In this document: one piece after another, positions 16,681 to 25,979 of the stretch | Layout of the letters: every line of letters starts with the position of its first letter | Position numbering within the stretch: position 1 is the stretch's first letter | Source of the DNA: a virus | Taxonomy: Duplodnaviria > Caudoviricetes | Direction: 5' to 3' (one strand) | DNA length: 34,900 nt | IMG/VR virus record: IMGVR_UViG_3300027752_001914 | Location: 1 to 34,900 of that record | The notes under the pieces: model-generated | Seen by the model: the letters and a program-made list of their open reading frames with translations, nothing else | What the model was told of the DNA's origin: nothing | The model's database searches: none | Program-made: the position numbers and the translations under genes

Positions 16681-19600
16681 TTATCTTAAAAAGTAGTTGT
16701 AAGCTAGTGGTAAACCAAGTACACTACCTGTGAAGTTTACGTTTGCTTTTATATTTATCTGCTCTCCACTAACTGTTGTAATTTGGTTAGTGTTAATGAA
16801 GATGTCACCAGCTGTTACACTGTTAACGTTTAGTGTTGCACCACCGCCACCAATTTGGGCTTCAATGTATGCTTTCACTGCTCTCTGCGTTGGTACTACT
16901 GTATCACTATTAGCTGTAAAGAACGGGTCTGTACTAAACTCACTAATACTTGCAGAGTTACCACCTAGTGTAACTTCGCCTAATGATAATTCTTGTAGTC
17001 CTGCAATGTTAAACGCTTCAGCGTTCAATGTTGCAACACCAGTTGCTTGTTCAATACTAAACAAGTCACCAACTCTAAAGTTACCATCTTGGTCAGTAGC
17101 TGTGAAGAACACTCTTCCGCCGTTGTCATCTTTGGTTTCTTTAGCTTGATCTGGTGCTACAATTGGTATACCAGGGTAATTAGTAGTTGTAAATCCGCCT
17201 GTACCAATGTCTAGGAAGTCATGTCCTGTTAGACGTACTTGACTAAATCTAATACGCATTGTTACACCATTACCATCTACTGGAGCATCTGTAATACTCA
17301 TGTCTGGTGATAATTGTAAAAATGCTGTTTTAGAACCATCGTTAAGTCCTACTAGTGAAACTGTGTTAACTAGTTTAAAGAACTGTCCAGGTAAACTATC
17401 AAATTCAACATTTGATCCGTTAACTGGAGTTGCACTTAATCTTCTAACAGCAACAAACTGTCCGCTTTGTGTAAAGTCTGCTCCACCGTTGGATGTAGTA
17501 GCGTCTACTTCACCACTAGCTGTAATAAATCCTGAACCTCTATTAATAAACGTTGGATTAGCTAATACACCGTTTCTAATTTTTGGAACTAGTACAACAT
17601 CTTCAATATTGCCTGGATCTGTAACTGTAACCGTAGGTGCTGCACCTTCGTAGCCACTGCCTGGTTCTGTCATTCTAACTTCAAATATTTTCTGGTTCGC
17701 AACGCCTGCTCTACCTAATGCAGGTGCGCCTCTATAAATTGTTTTTGCTGTGTTAGTTGTATCATCAACACTTACAAATCTACCTATTGGAACACTTGCA
17801 CCAATTGTGTGCGGATTACCAAATGCAATCTTTTCGCCAATGTCAGTTAAGCCTGTAACTTCAGTCCATGTAACACCATCGAATGATTCGCCAATTATTA
17901 CTTCACTTGTGCTGTATGTTATAACAAATACGCCTTGTCCGTATGCAAGTCCACTTGGTGTAGCTGTTGCACTTGGTGTGCTTGCTGCTACCCATGTTGT
18001 ACCATCAATACTGTATGCCATGTTGTTAGCACCTGTATCGCTTGCTAGTGCAACAAATATACCGTTACCCCATACTATGTCAATCCATGTTTTACTATTA
18101 GGAAGTGTTCTAGCTGTCCATGTTTCACCTGTTGGTGATGTAACAGCGTTAGTACTTCCTGAGTCGAGTGCAACAAATAATCCTTTACCGTATGTTAAAC
18201 AATCATAACCAGTACCTGGTAATGCTGTTGCATATGTAGACCAGTTTGTTCCACCATCATCTGAGTATGCAACATCTTGATCTGAATTTGATGTAACAAT
18301 AAATCTATTAGTTCCTAATGCAACATAACCCGTCGCAACATTCATTGCTGTTCCGCCTGTTAAAGTACTAAGTGTTTTATCAGCCCATGTAGCTAAAGTT
18401 TCATCAACACTTACACTAACAACATTTGAGCTTACTCTAGTTGCTACTGCTGCATGTGGTTTAGCTGTACTTGAACCGTCATTTAATAATGCACTTGCTA
18501 GGTTCTGATGATCACCTGTTTTAGTAATTGCTGTCCAACTTGCTGCTGTTGTACCGTCTACACTTGTGTAGAAGTTTCCATCTGCACACGCAATAAAGTA
18601 ACCTTTACGTCCAATACCTGCAAAGTCAAAGTCAACAACTCCGCCTGCAGCATTAACTGTACTAATTGTAACTATAACATCGTTGTCTATGTCTGTACCG
18701 CCTAAGTTACTACCTTTAATAGTTACTGTTGACAGTCTAGTAAATTCTTGACCTATGCTTGCAATAGTTACATAATATTTTGCGCCGTTACGTGTTATAT
18801 TAAATGTTGCTCCACTACCATCACTGTTTGATTCACTAGCAACACCTGTATATATGTTTGATGTTTCAACAAATTCAATATTATTAAAGTCATCTGTTGC
18901 AATAGTTTGTACTGTAGCTACAGCGTTAGCAGGAGCCGGAATTGTAATTCTTGGTTCAACAACATATGTTGAAGAACTGTTTGGAGCAATAATAGCTGTT
19001 CCTGGAACAATATGACTCCATCCACTTACACCGTATCTATTACTTACTGCCGCTAACTTACTACCTGAGTTATATGCTGTAATGTAACCATAGTTACCAG
19101 TAGCTGCACCACCAGTAATATAAATTGCCATACCAATATAAGCACTTGATATACTACCATCTGTAGCTGCTAAGTTAATACTTGTTAATGCTCCAGCTTG
19201 TGCTGTATTTGATACAACAGTATAGTTTGTACCACCAGCGTTACTAGGAGTTTCAACTGTTTCACCAATTTGTACTCTGTTAATTCCGCCGTCTCTAAAT
19301 TCATCAGCTAACAATGATTCGTTTTCACCTGCACCAAATACATTAATATTTGCTTCGGTATAATCGTTACCAGCGTGTGCGTATTCTAAACGCTGAAGAG
19401 TGTCAGTATCTGTAAACAAGTTACTTATAGTAGCATTGTACTGTGTTGAGTTATCAACTATTGCTGTTACTGGAGTTTCTTCTGGATCAACTCCTTCTGC
19501 AACTGAACCGTATGTACCATATGAGTTGTTACCGTTAGTAGCACGAGCTCTTCCTCCTGATTCACACAAGTACCCAATATGTGAGTAATATGTAAACACT

Positions 19601-22600
19601 GACACAAGTTCTCCTCTACCATTGTTAAGTAACCAAGCTCCAATACCGTCTGATATAACTTGTGTAAAGTCGTTACTAACAATTGAATCGTTGCCGCCAT
19701 CGTGTAATGCGCCGTCAATCTTTTGACCTACAGCTGCTCTACCAAATGTTGTACAGTTTTGTACATATGGCGAACGTGCTGTAATCCATACACGCTCATC
19801 TGCTGGTCCCCATCCTGGATCCAACGATACATAAGCACCTGCTGATGGTCTACTTGTACCGTAAGCGTTTGCTGGGCCTAGGTCACCTTGTAGTCCATCC
19901 ATTGTTTGTAGTCTAACACCAGTACCATTACGTAAGTAGTAGAAATCTTCTTCTTGTGATCCAATTACACTATTTGCATAGTATCTTGCGCCAAAGCCTG
20001 CCATATACCAACCAGTATAATCAACCGGTAATACATTTGTATCGTATGATACTAATGGAGCTGCATAACGCTTGTTCCAGTTACGTGAGTATGCAGCGTC
20101 AGCTTTCATGCCGTATACATATTCTCTAACATCTCTTGCACATAATATTCTGTTATAAGCATAAGTGCTTCTAACTTCAAACATTGCACTGTATGTATTA
20201 TCAATATATTTTACTGTTTTAATAACAGTATCATTATTGTTACGTTTAATTTGTATTTGAGCTGCTTTTAAGTCAGCTGCTGCACCGTTTACATTTGGAT
20301 ATGTTGCTGTTGGAAGCGCATTTAAATTACCTGCTGTAATTACGTCTTCAACAATTTGTAGTAGTGTTTGAGAAAGTGTACCTTCTGTTGCACTAGCTGC
20401 TGTTCCTGATGTATCTTGGGTAGCTGCATTTCCTGTTGATTTTGTTACCGAAACTTCTCTAATAACTTGGTCAGTTACTACTGAAAGTCTGTTGTATGCC
20501 GCCGCTGTTGCTGTGCCTTCGCCTGCACCACCTTGATATACACCATCAACATAATAACTTCTTGCAGCCTGATGACTTGCACTTGTTCCGCCATACATAA
20601 TATCATAACGTAGTGCATCAATTACATAACCAACATCTCTTTCACATTTTGCTACATCGTAACTTAGTGAAGGATATGTAACAGCAATAAATGCTGTGAT
20701 TTCTGCAATCATAAATGCTCTGTTAGCACCTAATTGTGCTACAGAATTTGTTGTGTTAGCTGTTGCTCCAGCTAGTGCTGGATATGTAAGTGCATCTGCA
20801 CTTGATGTAGTTCCGTTTAAAATATCTATTATTTCTGCAAAGAATGCATTTGATCTTGCTAAGGCAGTTGTACTTGTTCTTACTTTGTAAAGTTCTGCAA
20901 CTTTAGCTTTTGTAAAATTAATACCTGCTGTTGTTTGAGCTAATTGAGCCCCTCTACTGCTACCAGCACTTGCTCTTTGATATGCAAGCCCTTGAGTAAC
21001 TGCATTATAGTTTGTTCCAAGTGCAATATCATAACCTACAGCATCTAAGAAATAACCTGTATCTCGTCTACATTTATCTTTGTTGTATTGATAACCTGAT
21101 TCAGTTGGATCAAATGCAAACGCACTTCCGTTAATAGAAGCACTTGCAATAAAAGTTGTATCACTTTCAATTGATTTAACATAGTATGTTGTACTGTCAC
21201 CAATACCAGCTTCAGTAAGTGAATTTGCACTATCATCATAGTTATAAAATTTAATACCCATGCCCGGAGATAGCCAGCTAGTGTCTGCTACTGTAACTGT
21301 ACCGTTAGCTAATACTTTAGAAACAGCTGCTCTGTAGCACTGATCTGCTTCGTTAAGAGCTTCTTGTACAATCCATTCTTTGTTAGTTTCTAATTGGTAT
21401 TGTGCATTGTAAATTTCTGGATCTGTTACTTGCTTGTTTGCACCTTCGTAACTTGCTGTCCAAATAATATCGTTAACCCATTCAAATGTTTCTTCAAGTT
21501 GTACACTTGTTTCACATTGTTCACTCGATAATACAGCCTGCATTTCTCTCATTGCAAACATGTTTGCTGCAATAGTTGCATCTTTTTGGTCTTTAATAGT
21601 TTTGTTTCTTGCTGGTTGTCTACGATATGAGAACGCTGTAATTATACTTGCAATATTTGTTCCTAACAACGCATCATATTTTGCTGCATCAAAAATTAAT
21701 CCTAAGTCTCTTGTACACTTAGCATGATTAAATTTAAAGTCGCTGTATGTATCAGTTACATACTGTAGAGTTGTTTTGATATGCCCGTCTCTATTTGTAT
21801 CATATAATGCATAGTCAGTAGCTGTTTGTCCAGCTTCAGTACTTGCTACTTCAGTAATTGCACTAATTCCTGCAGGAGTATCAGCTGTAATAGCATTAGT
21901 AACTTCAGCTAAAAATGTAACAATTATGCCTTCTTCTGTTCCAGATGCTGCATTACCATTTGTACTTTGTGTTTGCGTATTACCAGTTTGTTTTGTAATA
22001 GTAACTTCAGTAATAACGTCTTGTGCTACACTTGATAAGTGTGCATATGCTGCAATAGTTTCTGTTGCTTCACCCGGAACAACACTTACACCTTGTAAGT
22101 TAAAGTATGATTTTGCTGTTCTTACAGCGGCAATATTTCCACCGTACATAATATCATGACATAACCCGTCAACAATAAATGCTACATCTCTTTCACAACG
22201 TGCTCTATCATAAACAAATGATCCTGGAGGATTGTTGTATGTATTTTCAACATAGTTTATAACATCGTCAATTATAAATTGTCTGTTTGATACTAATAAA
22301 GTTTTAGCTTTTACAGCATTTGCTGTTGAATTATAATCTGGAAAAGTTAATGCATTTTCAGCTGTAGTGCTATTTTGTAAAATATCAATTACTTCGTTAT
22401 AAAATACTGTTGTTCGTGTTGTATAAGTTGCGTCAGTTAAATCAGCTACTTGTAGATCACGGAACTTTCTAATTGCTCCAACAGTTTGGCTTTTTTGAGC
22501 GCCTTGTAAATATTCAGATGTTTCTCTTCTGTATGCTCTTCCAGCTTGTATTGCTAGATAGTTAGAACCTGTAAGTGTATCATTTTGTGCACCTTCAGAA

Positions 22601-23703
22601 AGTATTTCTAAGTCACGTCTACATATACCACTGTCATATTTAAAGCTACCAAAGTTTTTGTTAATAAAGTCAATTGTATACTCGCCAACTTGATCTTTTG
22701 CAGCATCAATTGCTTGTGTATCTGCAAACGTTAATGCGTTTGCTCCTGCAACACTTGGATATACTTCTGCAACTGTTCCTACACCACTATTAATAGTGTC
22801 TGTAATATCGTCAAACAAGTTACCAATTGTAGTTGATTCACTTGCTGTTCCGCCAGTGCCTGCAATTTGTGTTACATCTGTTTGTAGTACAGGTGTTACT
22901 GTAATGTTACGCTGTACCGTTTGTACTAGCTGTTTCATAAATCCGTAAGCTGCAATAGTAGCTGTTTTTTCGCTAGATGCAATTTCTAGTACTGCACCTG
23001 TGTAATATGCTTCACCTGCAACAACTGATTGCCAGTTACCGCCGTATGTTAAATCGTATGCAATAGCATCTAAAATAAATCCAATATCTTGTTTACACTT
23101 TGTACGACTGTATTTTAAGTTTGGATAGTTTTCTGTAATATACGCTGTTGTTTCAAATTTAATAAATTCTCTGTTTTGTAAAAACAAGTCACGTCCGCGA
23201 CCTGCGTTTGCATTTGTCATAGTCCATGCCTTAGGAAATTCTGCATATAACTTATCACCTAATTGTGCATCAATATTTCTACGTATACCACGTACTTGAC
23301 GTGTAATACCTTCCCATGCTTGCGGAGTTTCAGCATATGGATATGCAGTTGTTTGTGACAATGTATTGCCTGTAGTCGGAGTTACTGTTAACCCTGCTGT
23401 AACGTTACCAACTATTTGCTCAATTCTTTCTAAGGCTTTACTTGAGTACTTGTAATCACTCTTAGGTGTTAATGTTGAGTTTGTAGACTTTCTTGGTTGT
23501 ACGTTTACAGAACGAAGTTCGTCTCCCATAATACAACATTCAGCTGGGATCATAATAGGAAGTACTTCTCTGTACTGACCAGTTGTAATCTTTATTAATG
23601 TTTTCCGTATGCTTCTTGCCGGAATGTTTGTTGCAACCCCTGCGGTAATTGCGTCTGTAATTATTTTCCCTAAACTGGAAATAGTTGCAAAATTAGTAGC
23701 CAT
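16681..23703 (-). CDS. Giant virion structural protein (2340 aa): beta-helix, seven helical phycobiliprotein-like repeats and a BNR/Asp-box propeller; C-terminal part of a split gene
   Basis: TGQYRE.LP..IP..IMGDELR and RSPYVQNCT beta-helix motifs, CxRD repeats, and YSDDGGTNW/SIDGTTW Asp-boxes; C-terminal region closely matches the 1860-aa protein. Confidence 0.8.
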   Translation of the reverse strand: MATNFATISSLGKIITDAITAGVATNIPARSIRKTLIKITTGQYREVLPIMIPAECCIMGDELRSVNVQPRKSTNSTLTPKSDYKYSSKALERIEQIVGNVTAGLTVTPTTGNTLSQTTAYPYAETPQAWEGITRQVRGIRRNIDAQLGDKLYAEFPKAWTMTNANAGRGRDLFLQNREFIKFETTAYITENYPNLKYSRTKCKQDIGFILDAIAYDLTYGGNWQSVVAGEAYYTGAVLEIASSEKTATIAAYGFMKQLVQTVQRNITVTPVLQTDVTQIAGTGGTASESTTIGNLFDDITDTINSGVGTVAEVYPSVAGANALTFADTQAIDAAKDQVGEYTIDFINKNFGSFKYDSGICRRDLEILSEGAQNDTLTGSNYLAIQAGRAYRRETSEYLQGAQKSQTVGAIRKFRDLQVADLTDATYTTRTTVFYNEVIDILQNSTTAENALTFPDYNSTANAVKAKTLLVSNRQFIIDDVINYVENTYNNPPGSFVYDRARCERDVAFIVDGLCHDIMYGGNIAAVRTAKSYFNLQGVSVVPGEATETIAAYAHLSSVAQDVITEVTITKQTGNTQTQSTNGNAASGTEEGIIVTFLAEVTNAITADTPAGISAITEVASTEAGQTATDYALYDTNRDGHIKTTLQYVTDTYSDFKFNHAKCTRDLGLIFDAAKYDALLGTNIASIITAFSYRRQPARNKTIKDQKDATIAANMFAMREMQAVLSSEQCETSVQLEETFEWVNDIIWTASYEGANKQVTDPEIYNAQYQLETNKEWIVQEALNEADQCYRAAVSKVLANGTVTVADTSWLSPGMGIKFYNYDDSANSLTEAGIGDSTTYYVKSIESDTTFIASASINGSAFAFDPTESGYQYNKDKCRRDTGYFLDAVGYDIALGTNYNAVTQGLAYQRASAGSSRGAQLAQTTAGINFTKAKVAELYKVRTSTTALARSNAFFAEIIDILNGTTSSADALTYPALAGATANTTNSVAQLGANRAFMIAEITAFIAVTYPSLSYDVAKCERDVGYVIDALRYDIMYGGTSASHQAARSYYVDGVYQGGAGEGTATAAAYNRLSVVTDQVIREVSVTKSTGNAATQDTSGTAASATEGTLSQTLLQIVEDVITAGNLNALPTATYPNVNGAAADLKAAQIQIKRNNNDTVIKTVKYIDNTYSAMFEVRSTYAYNRILCARDVREYVYGMKADAAYSRNWNKRYAAPLVSYDTNVLPVDYTGWYMAGFGARYYANSVIGSQEEDFYYLRNGTGVRLQTMDGLQGDLGPANAYGTSRPSAGAYVSLDPGWGPADERVWITARSPYVQNCTTFGRAAVGQKIDGALHDGGNDSIVSNDFTQVISDGIGAWLLNNGRGELVSVFTYYSHIGYLCESGGRARATNGNNSYGTYGSVAEGVDPEETPVTAIVDNSTQYNATISNLFTDTDTLQRLEYAHAGNDYTEANINVFGAGENESLLADEFRDGGINRVQIGETVETPSNAGGTNYTVVSNTAQAGALTSINLAATDGSISSAYIGMAIYITGGAATGNYGYITAYNSGSKLAAVSNRYGVSGWSHIVPGTAIIAPNSSSTYVVEPRITIPAPANAVATVQTIATDDFNNIEFVETSNIYTGVASESNSDGSGATFNITRNGAKYYVTIASIGQEFTRLSTVTIKGSNLGGTDIDNDVIVTISTVNAAGGVVDFDFAGIGRKGYFIACADGNFYTSVDGTTAASWTAITKTGDHQNLASALLNDGSSTAKPHAAVATRVSSNVVSVSVDETLATWADKTLSTLTGGTAMNVATGYVALGTNRFIVTSNSDQDVAYSDDGGTNWSTYATALPGTGYDCLTYGKGLFVALDSGSTNAVTSPTGETWTARTLPNSKTWIDIVWGNGIFVALASDTGANNMAYSIDGTTWVAASTPSATATPSGLAYGQGVFVITYSTSEVIIGESFDGVTWTEVTGLTDIGEKIAFGNPHTIGASVPIGRFVSVDDTTNTAKTIYRGAPALGRAGVANQKIFEVRMTEPGSGYEGAAPTVTVTDPGNIEDVVLVPKIRNGVLANPTFINRGSGFITASGEVDATTSNGGADFTQSGQFVAVRRLSATPVNGSNVEFDSLPGQFFKLVNTVSLVGLNDGSKTAFLQLSPDMSITDAPVDGNGVTMRIRFSQVRLTGHDFLDIGTGGFTTTNYPGIPIVAPDQAKETKDDNGGRVFFTATDQDGNFRVGDLFSIEQATGVATLNAEAFNIAGLQELSLGEVTLGGNSASISEFSTDPFFTANSDTVVPTQRAVKAYIEAQIGGGGATLNVNSVTAGDIFINTNQITTVSGEQINIKANVNFTGSVLGLPLAYNYFLR

Positions 23704-24200
23704 TAGTATCCTCCGCCCTCGGCATATCCGCCCTCGGGTGTTTCATCTGAATATGTGCCGCCGGAACTGCTTCCGCTTATTACGCCATCATATACAACAG
23801 TGTCCTGTGCGCCGAGTGCTGTTTCAAAATATTGTGGTACAACTCTAGTTGAGTTATCACCGTTTGTTGTTTGATAATTTACTGCTGGTGCAGCTTGTTG
23901 TAGAACTTTTTCTATTAAACTAATACCGTAAGTAATACTAGCAACAGTTTCTGCTTCTTGACCCAGTGCATAAAATTGTCCTGGATCAGTTACATAAGAT
24001 AATGCAACTTCTCTTGATTTAACGTTTCCACCGTGTCTTACATCATATAAAAAAGCATCAATGATATAACCCATATCTCTTTCACACTTTTTACTATCAT
24101 ATTTAAATGCAGTTACAAATGGCGCTGTATTATTAGCGATTTGATAGTCGGTCCACTCAACAATTTCACGTTGTATAAATCGTCTGTTCATTTCTAATAA
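20000..24200 (-). repeat. Eight tandem ~140-170 aa helical repeats with a Cx(R/Q)D core
   Basis: Cys codons at 24084, 23095, 22621, 22195, 21715, 21070, 20644 and 20140; consensus NRxFI..E...YI...Y...Y...KCxRDxGxIxDA..YD..(Y/L)G(G/T)N. Confidence 0.85.
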
Positions 24201-25943
24201 TCTTGCTGCGTCAACTGCTTTAGTTCCTCTTTCAACTTGTTGTGCTGCATACCTAATACTCTTAAATGGTCTATCAATATTTTTTCCGTAAATTGGAGCA
24301 GGTGAATTAGTGCCATGTTCTGCTACATAATATACATCTACTGATTGTCCTAAGAACTCCCAGTTTGGTACACCACTTGAATTTACTGTAAGTATTTGTC
24401 CATCTTGACCAACTGGTAATCTAACTGGTGTTGCACCACTATAGTAAACCATGTCGCCTTTAGTAGTTAGGACTGATTGCTCAGTACCAATTGTCATAAC
24501 ATTCCAGTATGCACCTGTAGTATCTTGGTCTGGTCTTGAATTATCTGCAGATACTCCACCAGTGCCATCTGGATCAGTAGATGAACCGTCGTCACCTTCT
24601 GAAATATGTCCTTGAATACAAACGTATGAACTATCACCGTAGCGTACAACGTCACCTAATACATAAGTTGCATCATCAATCCAAGTTCCCTTCCAGTCAA
24701 AACCTGTACTTAGTTTTTCCCAGTAAGTGGTGTTTGGTGGTGTTTGTGTTCTATGTGATAAAACACAACGATACATGTAACCGCCTAAGCGTACAGTATC
24801 ACCTTGTAAGTAATATCTATTTGTTGAATCTTCTTCCCAGTCTCCTTGGAACTTCATACCACGTGCAAATAAATCCCATTCAGGAGTTCCTGTTGCTGTT
24901 GTAATCCAAGTTCCGCCTGATGTATATGCACTAAATCCAGTAGAGTTTACTACTGCTGTTAATGCTCTATCTGTATAAAGTTTAAAAGTATTAGTACTAA
25001 CAGCGCCAACATAATAGTTATTTGTATTAAGTTGTGTCATACCAACGACACCAGTAATATTAATTTGTTTGCCGTTACTTAATTCATGTAAGTTACTTGT
25101 TATAACAATTTCTGATGCGTTTGAAGCTGCTGTAATAACACCTCCACTATCGCCTGGCTTAGGACCAAGAGTATCTTCTTTAGCAATATAACTATTGCCA
25201 CCAAACTGTACAACGTCACCTGGTTGATAACCAATTGCATCATTCCATTCGTTTTCGTATTGGAAGCCTTCAACAAACTTTGTCCATTTTGCACTGTCTG
25301 CTGCAAAAGTTGCTTGTGAAGTATGATAAGTGTTTACAATCCATAAACTTGCACCAAATTTTACAACGTCATTTAATTTATAACGTACACTAGGTGCCCA
25401 ATCAGTTTTCCAATCAAATCCTTGATTAAATGCTGTCCACTTTGATAAATCTGCTTCTAGTCCTAGTGATGTAGTAGCTGCACTAATATGATATGTATTA
25501 CATACATAAGTTGATCCACCGTACTTAACTAAGTCATTAGCTTTATAATCGTATGTTGTAGCCCAATCGCCTTGGTATTCTAAACCTGTAGCAAATACGT
25601 CCCACTTAGCAATATCTGGTTCTAAACCTGTACTTGAATCAACTGCAGATGTGTGATCCGTTTTACAGATATAAACTGTTGCTCCGTAGCGTACAATGTT
25701 TTCTCTAATGTATGCAGTTTGAGGTGCCCAGTCGCCTAACCATTTTTGGCCATCAGCCATAATGTTCCATTTGCTAGGAGTAATGTCTAAATCAGTAAAG
25801 AAAGCTGCTGAGCCAACGTGTCCTGTCACACAAATGTATATCTTGCCGCCGTATTCTACAACGTCATCTTTGAAGTATGTAGTACCGGTTACCCATGTAC
25901 TTTTCCATACAAATCTAATTCTACCTAACTTAAACTCTGCCAT
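23703..25943 (-). CDS. Virion structural protein (746 aa) with seven CBM5/12-like repeats; N-terminal part of a split gene
   Basis: MAEFKLGR start like the 1860-aa protein; W.....Y..(G/N)D.V.YGG..Y.C...H repeats; YYVAEHG...PFKSIRYA beta-helix cap. Confidence 0.8.
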   Translation of the reverse strand: MAEFKLGRIRFVWKSTWVTGTTYFKDDVVEYGGKIYICVTGHVGSAAFFTDLDITPSKWNIMADGQKWLGDWAPQTAYIRENIVRYGATVYICKTDHTSAVDSSTGLEPDIAKWDVFATGLEYQGDWATTYDYKANDLVKYGGSTYVCNTYHISAATTSLGLEADLSKWTAFNQGFDWKTDWAPSVRYKLNDVVKFGASLWIVNTYHTSQATFAADSAKWTKFVEGFQYENEWNDAIGYQPGDVVQFGGNSYIAKEDTLGPKPGDSGGVITAASNASEIVITSNLHELSNGKQINITGVVGMTQLNTNNYYVGAVSTNTFKLYTDRALTAVVNSTGFSAYTSGGTWITTATGTPEWDLFARGMKFQGDWEEDSTNRYYLQGDTVRLGGYMYRCVLSHRTQTPPNTTYWEKLSTGFDWKGTWIDDATYVLGDVVRYGDSSYVCIQGHISEGDDGSSTDPDGTGGVSADNSRPDQDTTGAYWNVMTIGTEQSVLTTKGDMVYYSGATPVRLPVGQDGQILTVNSSGVPNWEFLGQSVDVYYVAEHGTNSPAPIYGKNIDRPFKSIRYAAQQVERGTKAVDAARLLEMNRRFIQREIVEWTDYQIANNTAPFVTAFKYDSKKCERDMGYIIDAFLYDVRHGGNVKSREVALSYVTDPGQFYALGQEAETVASITYGISLIEKVLQQAAPAVNYQTTNGDNSTRVVPQYFETALGAQDTVVYDGVISGSSSGGTYSDETPEGGYAEGGGY
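23712..23737 (+). repeat. 11-bp GC-rich direct repeat TCCGCCCTCGG at the split-gene junction
   Basis: Copies at 23712-23722 and 23727-23737; they encode EGGY/EGGGY and feed into the GGAGG RBS of the next gene. Confidence 0.8.
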
Positions 25944-25961
25944 TTATCTGCTCCACTATTG

Positions 25962-25969
25962 TATTTATC
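25962..25969 (-). promoter_or_regulatory. T4-like late promoter (GATAAATA)
   Basis: In the 36-bp gap upstream of the 25943 start, followed by a GGAG RBS. Confidence 0.6.
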
Positions 25970-25979
25970 ATTGTTTCCA

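Noticed and set aside
23700-23830. Self-splicing intron or intein at the split junction
   Set aside because: The insert is only about 100 nt with no recognisable group I/II core, homing endonuclease or intein motifs, and it ends in a good RBS.
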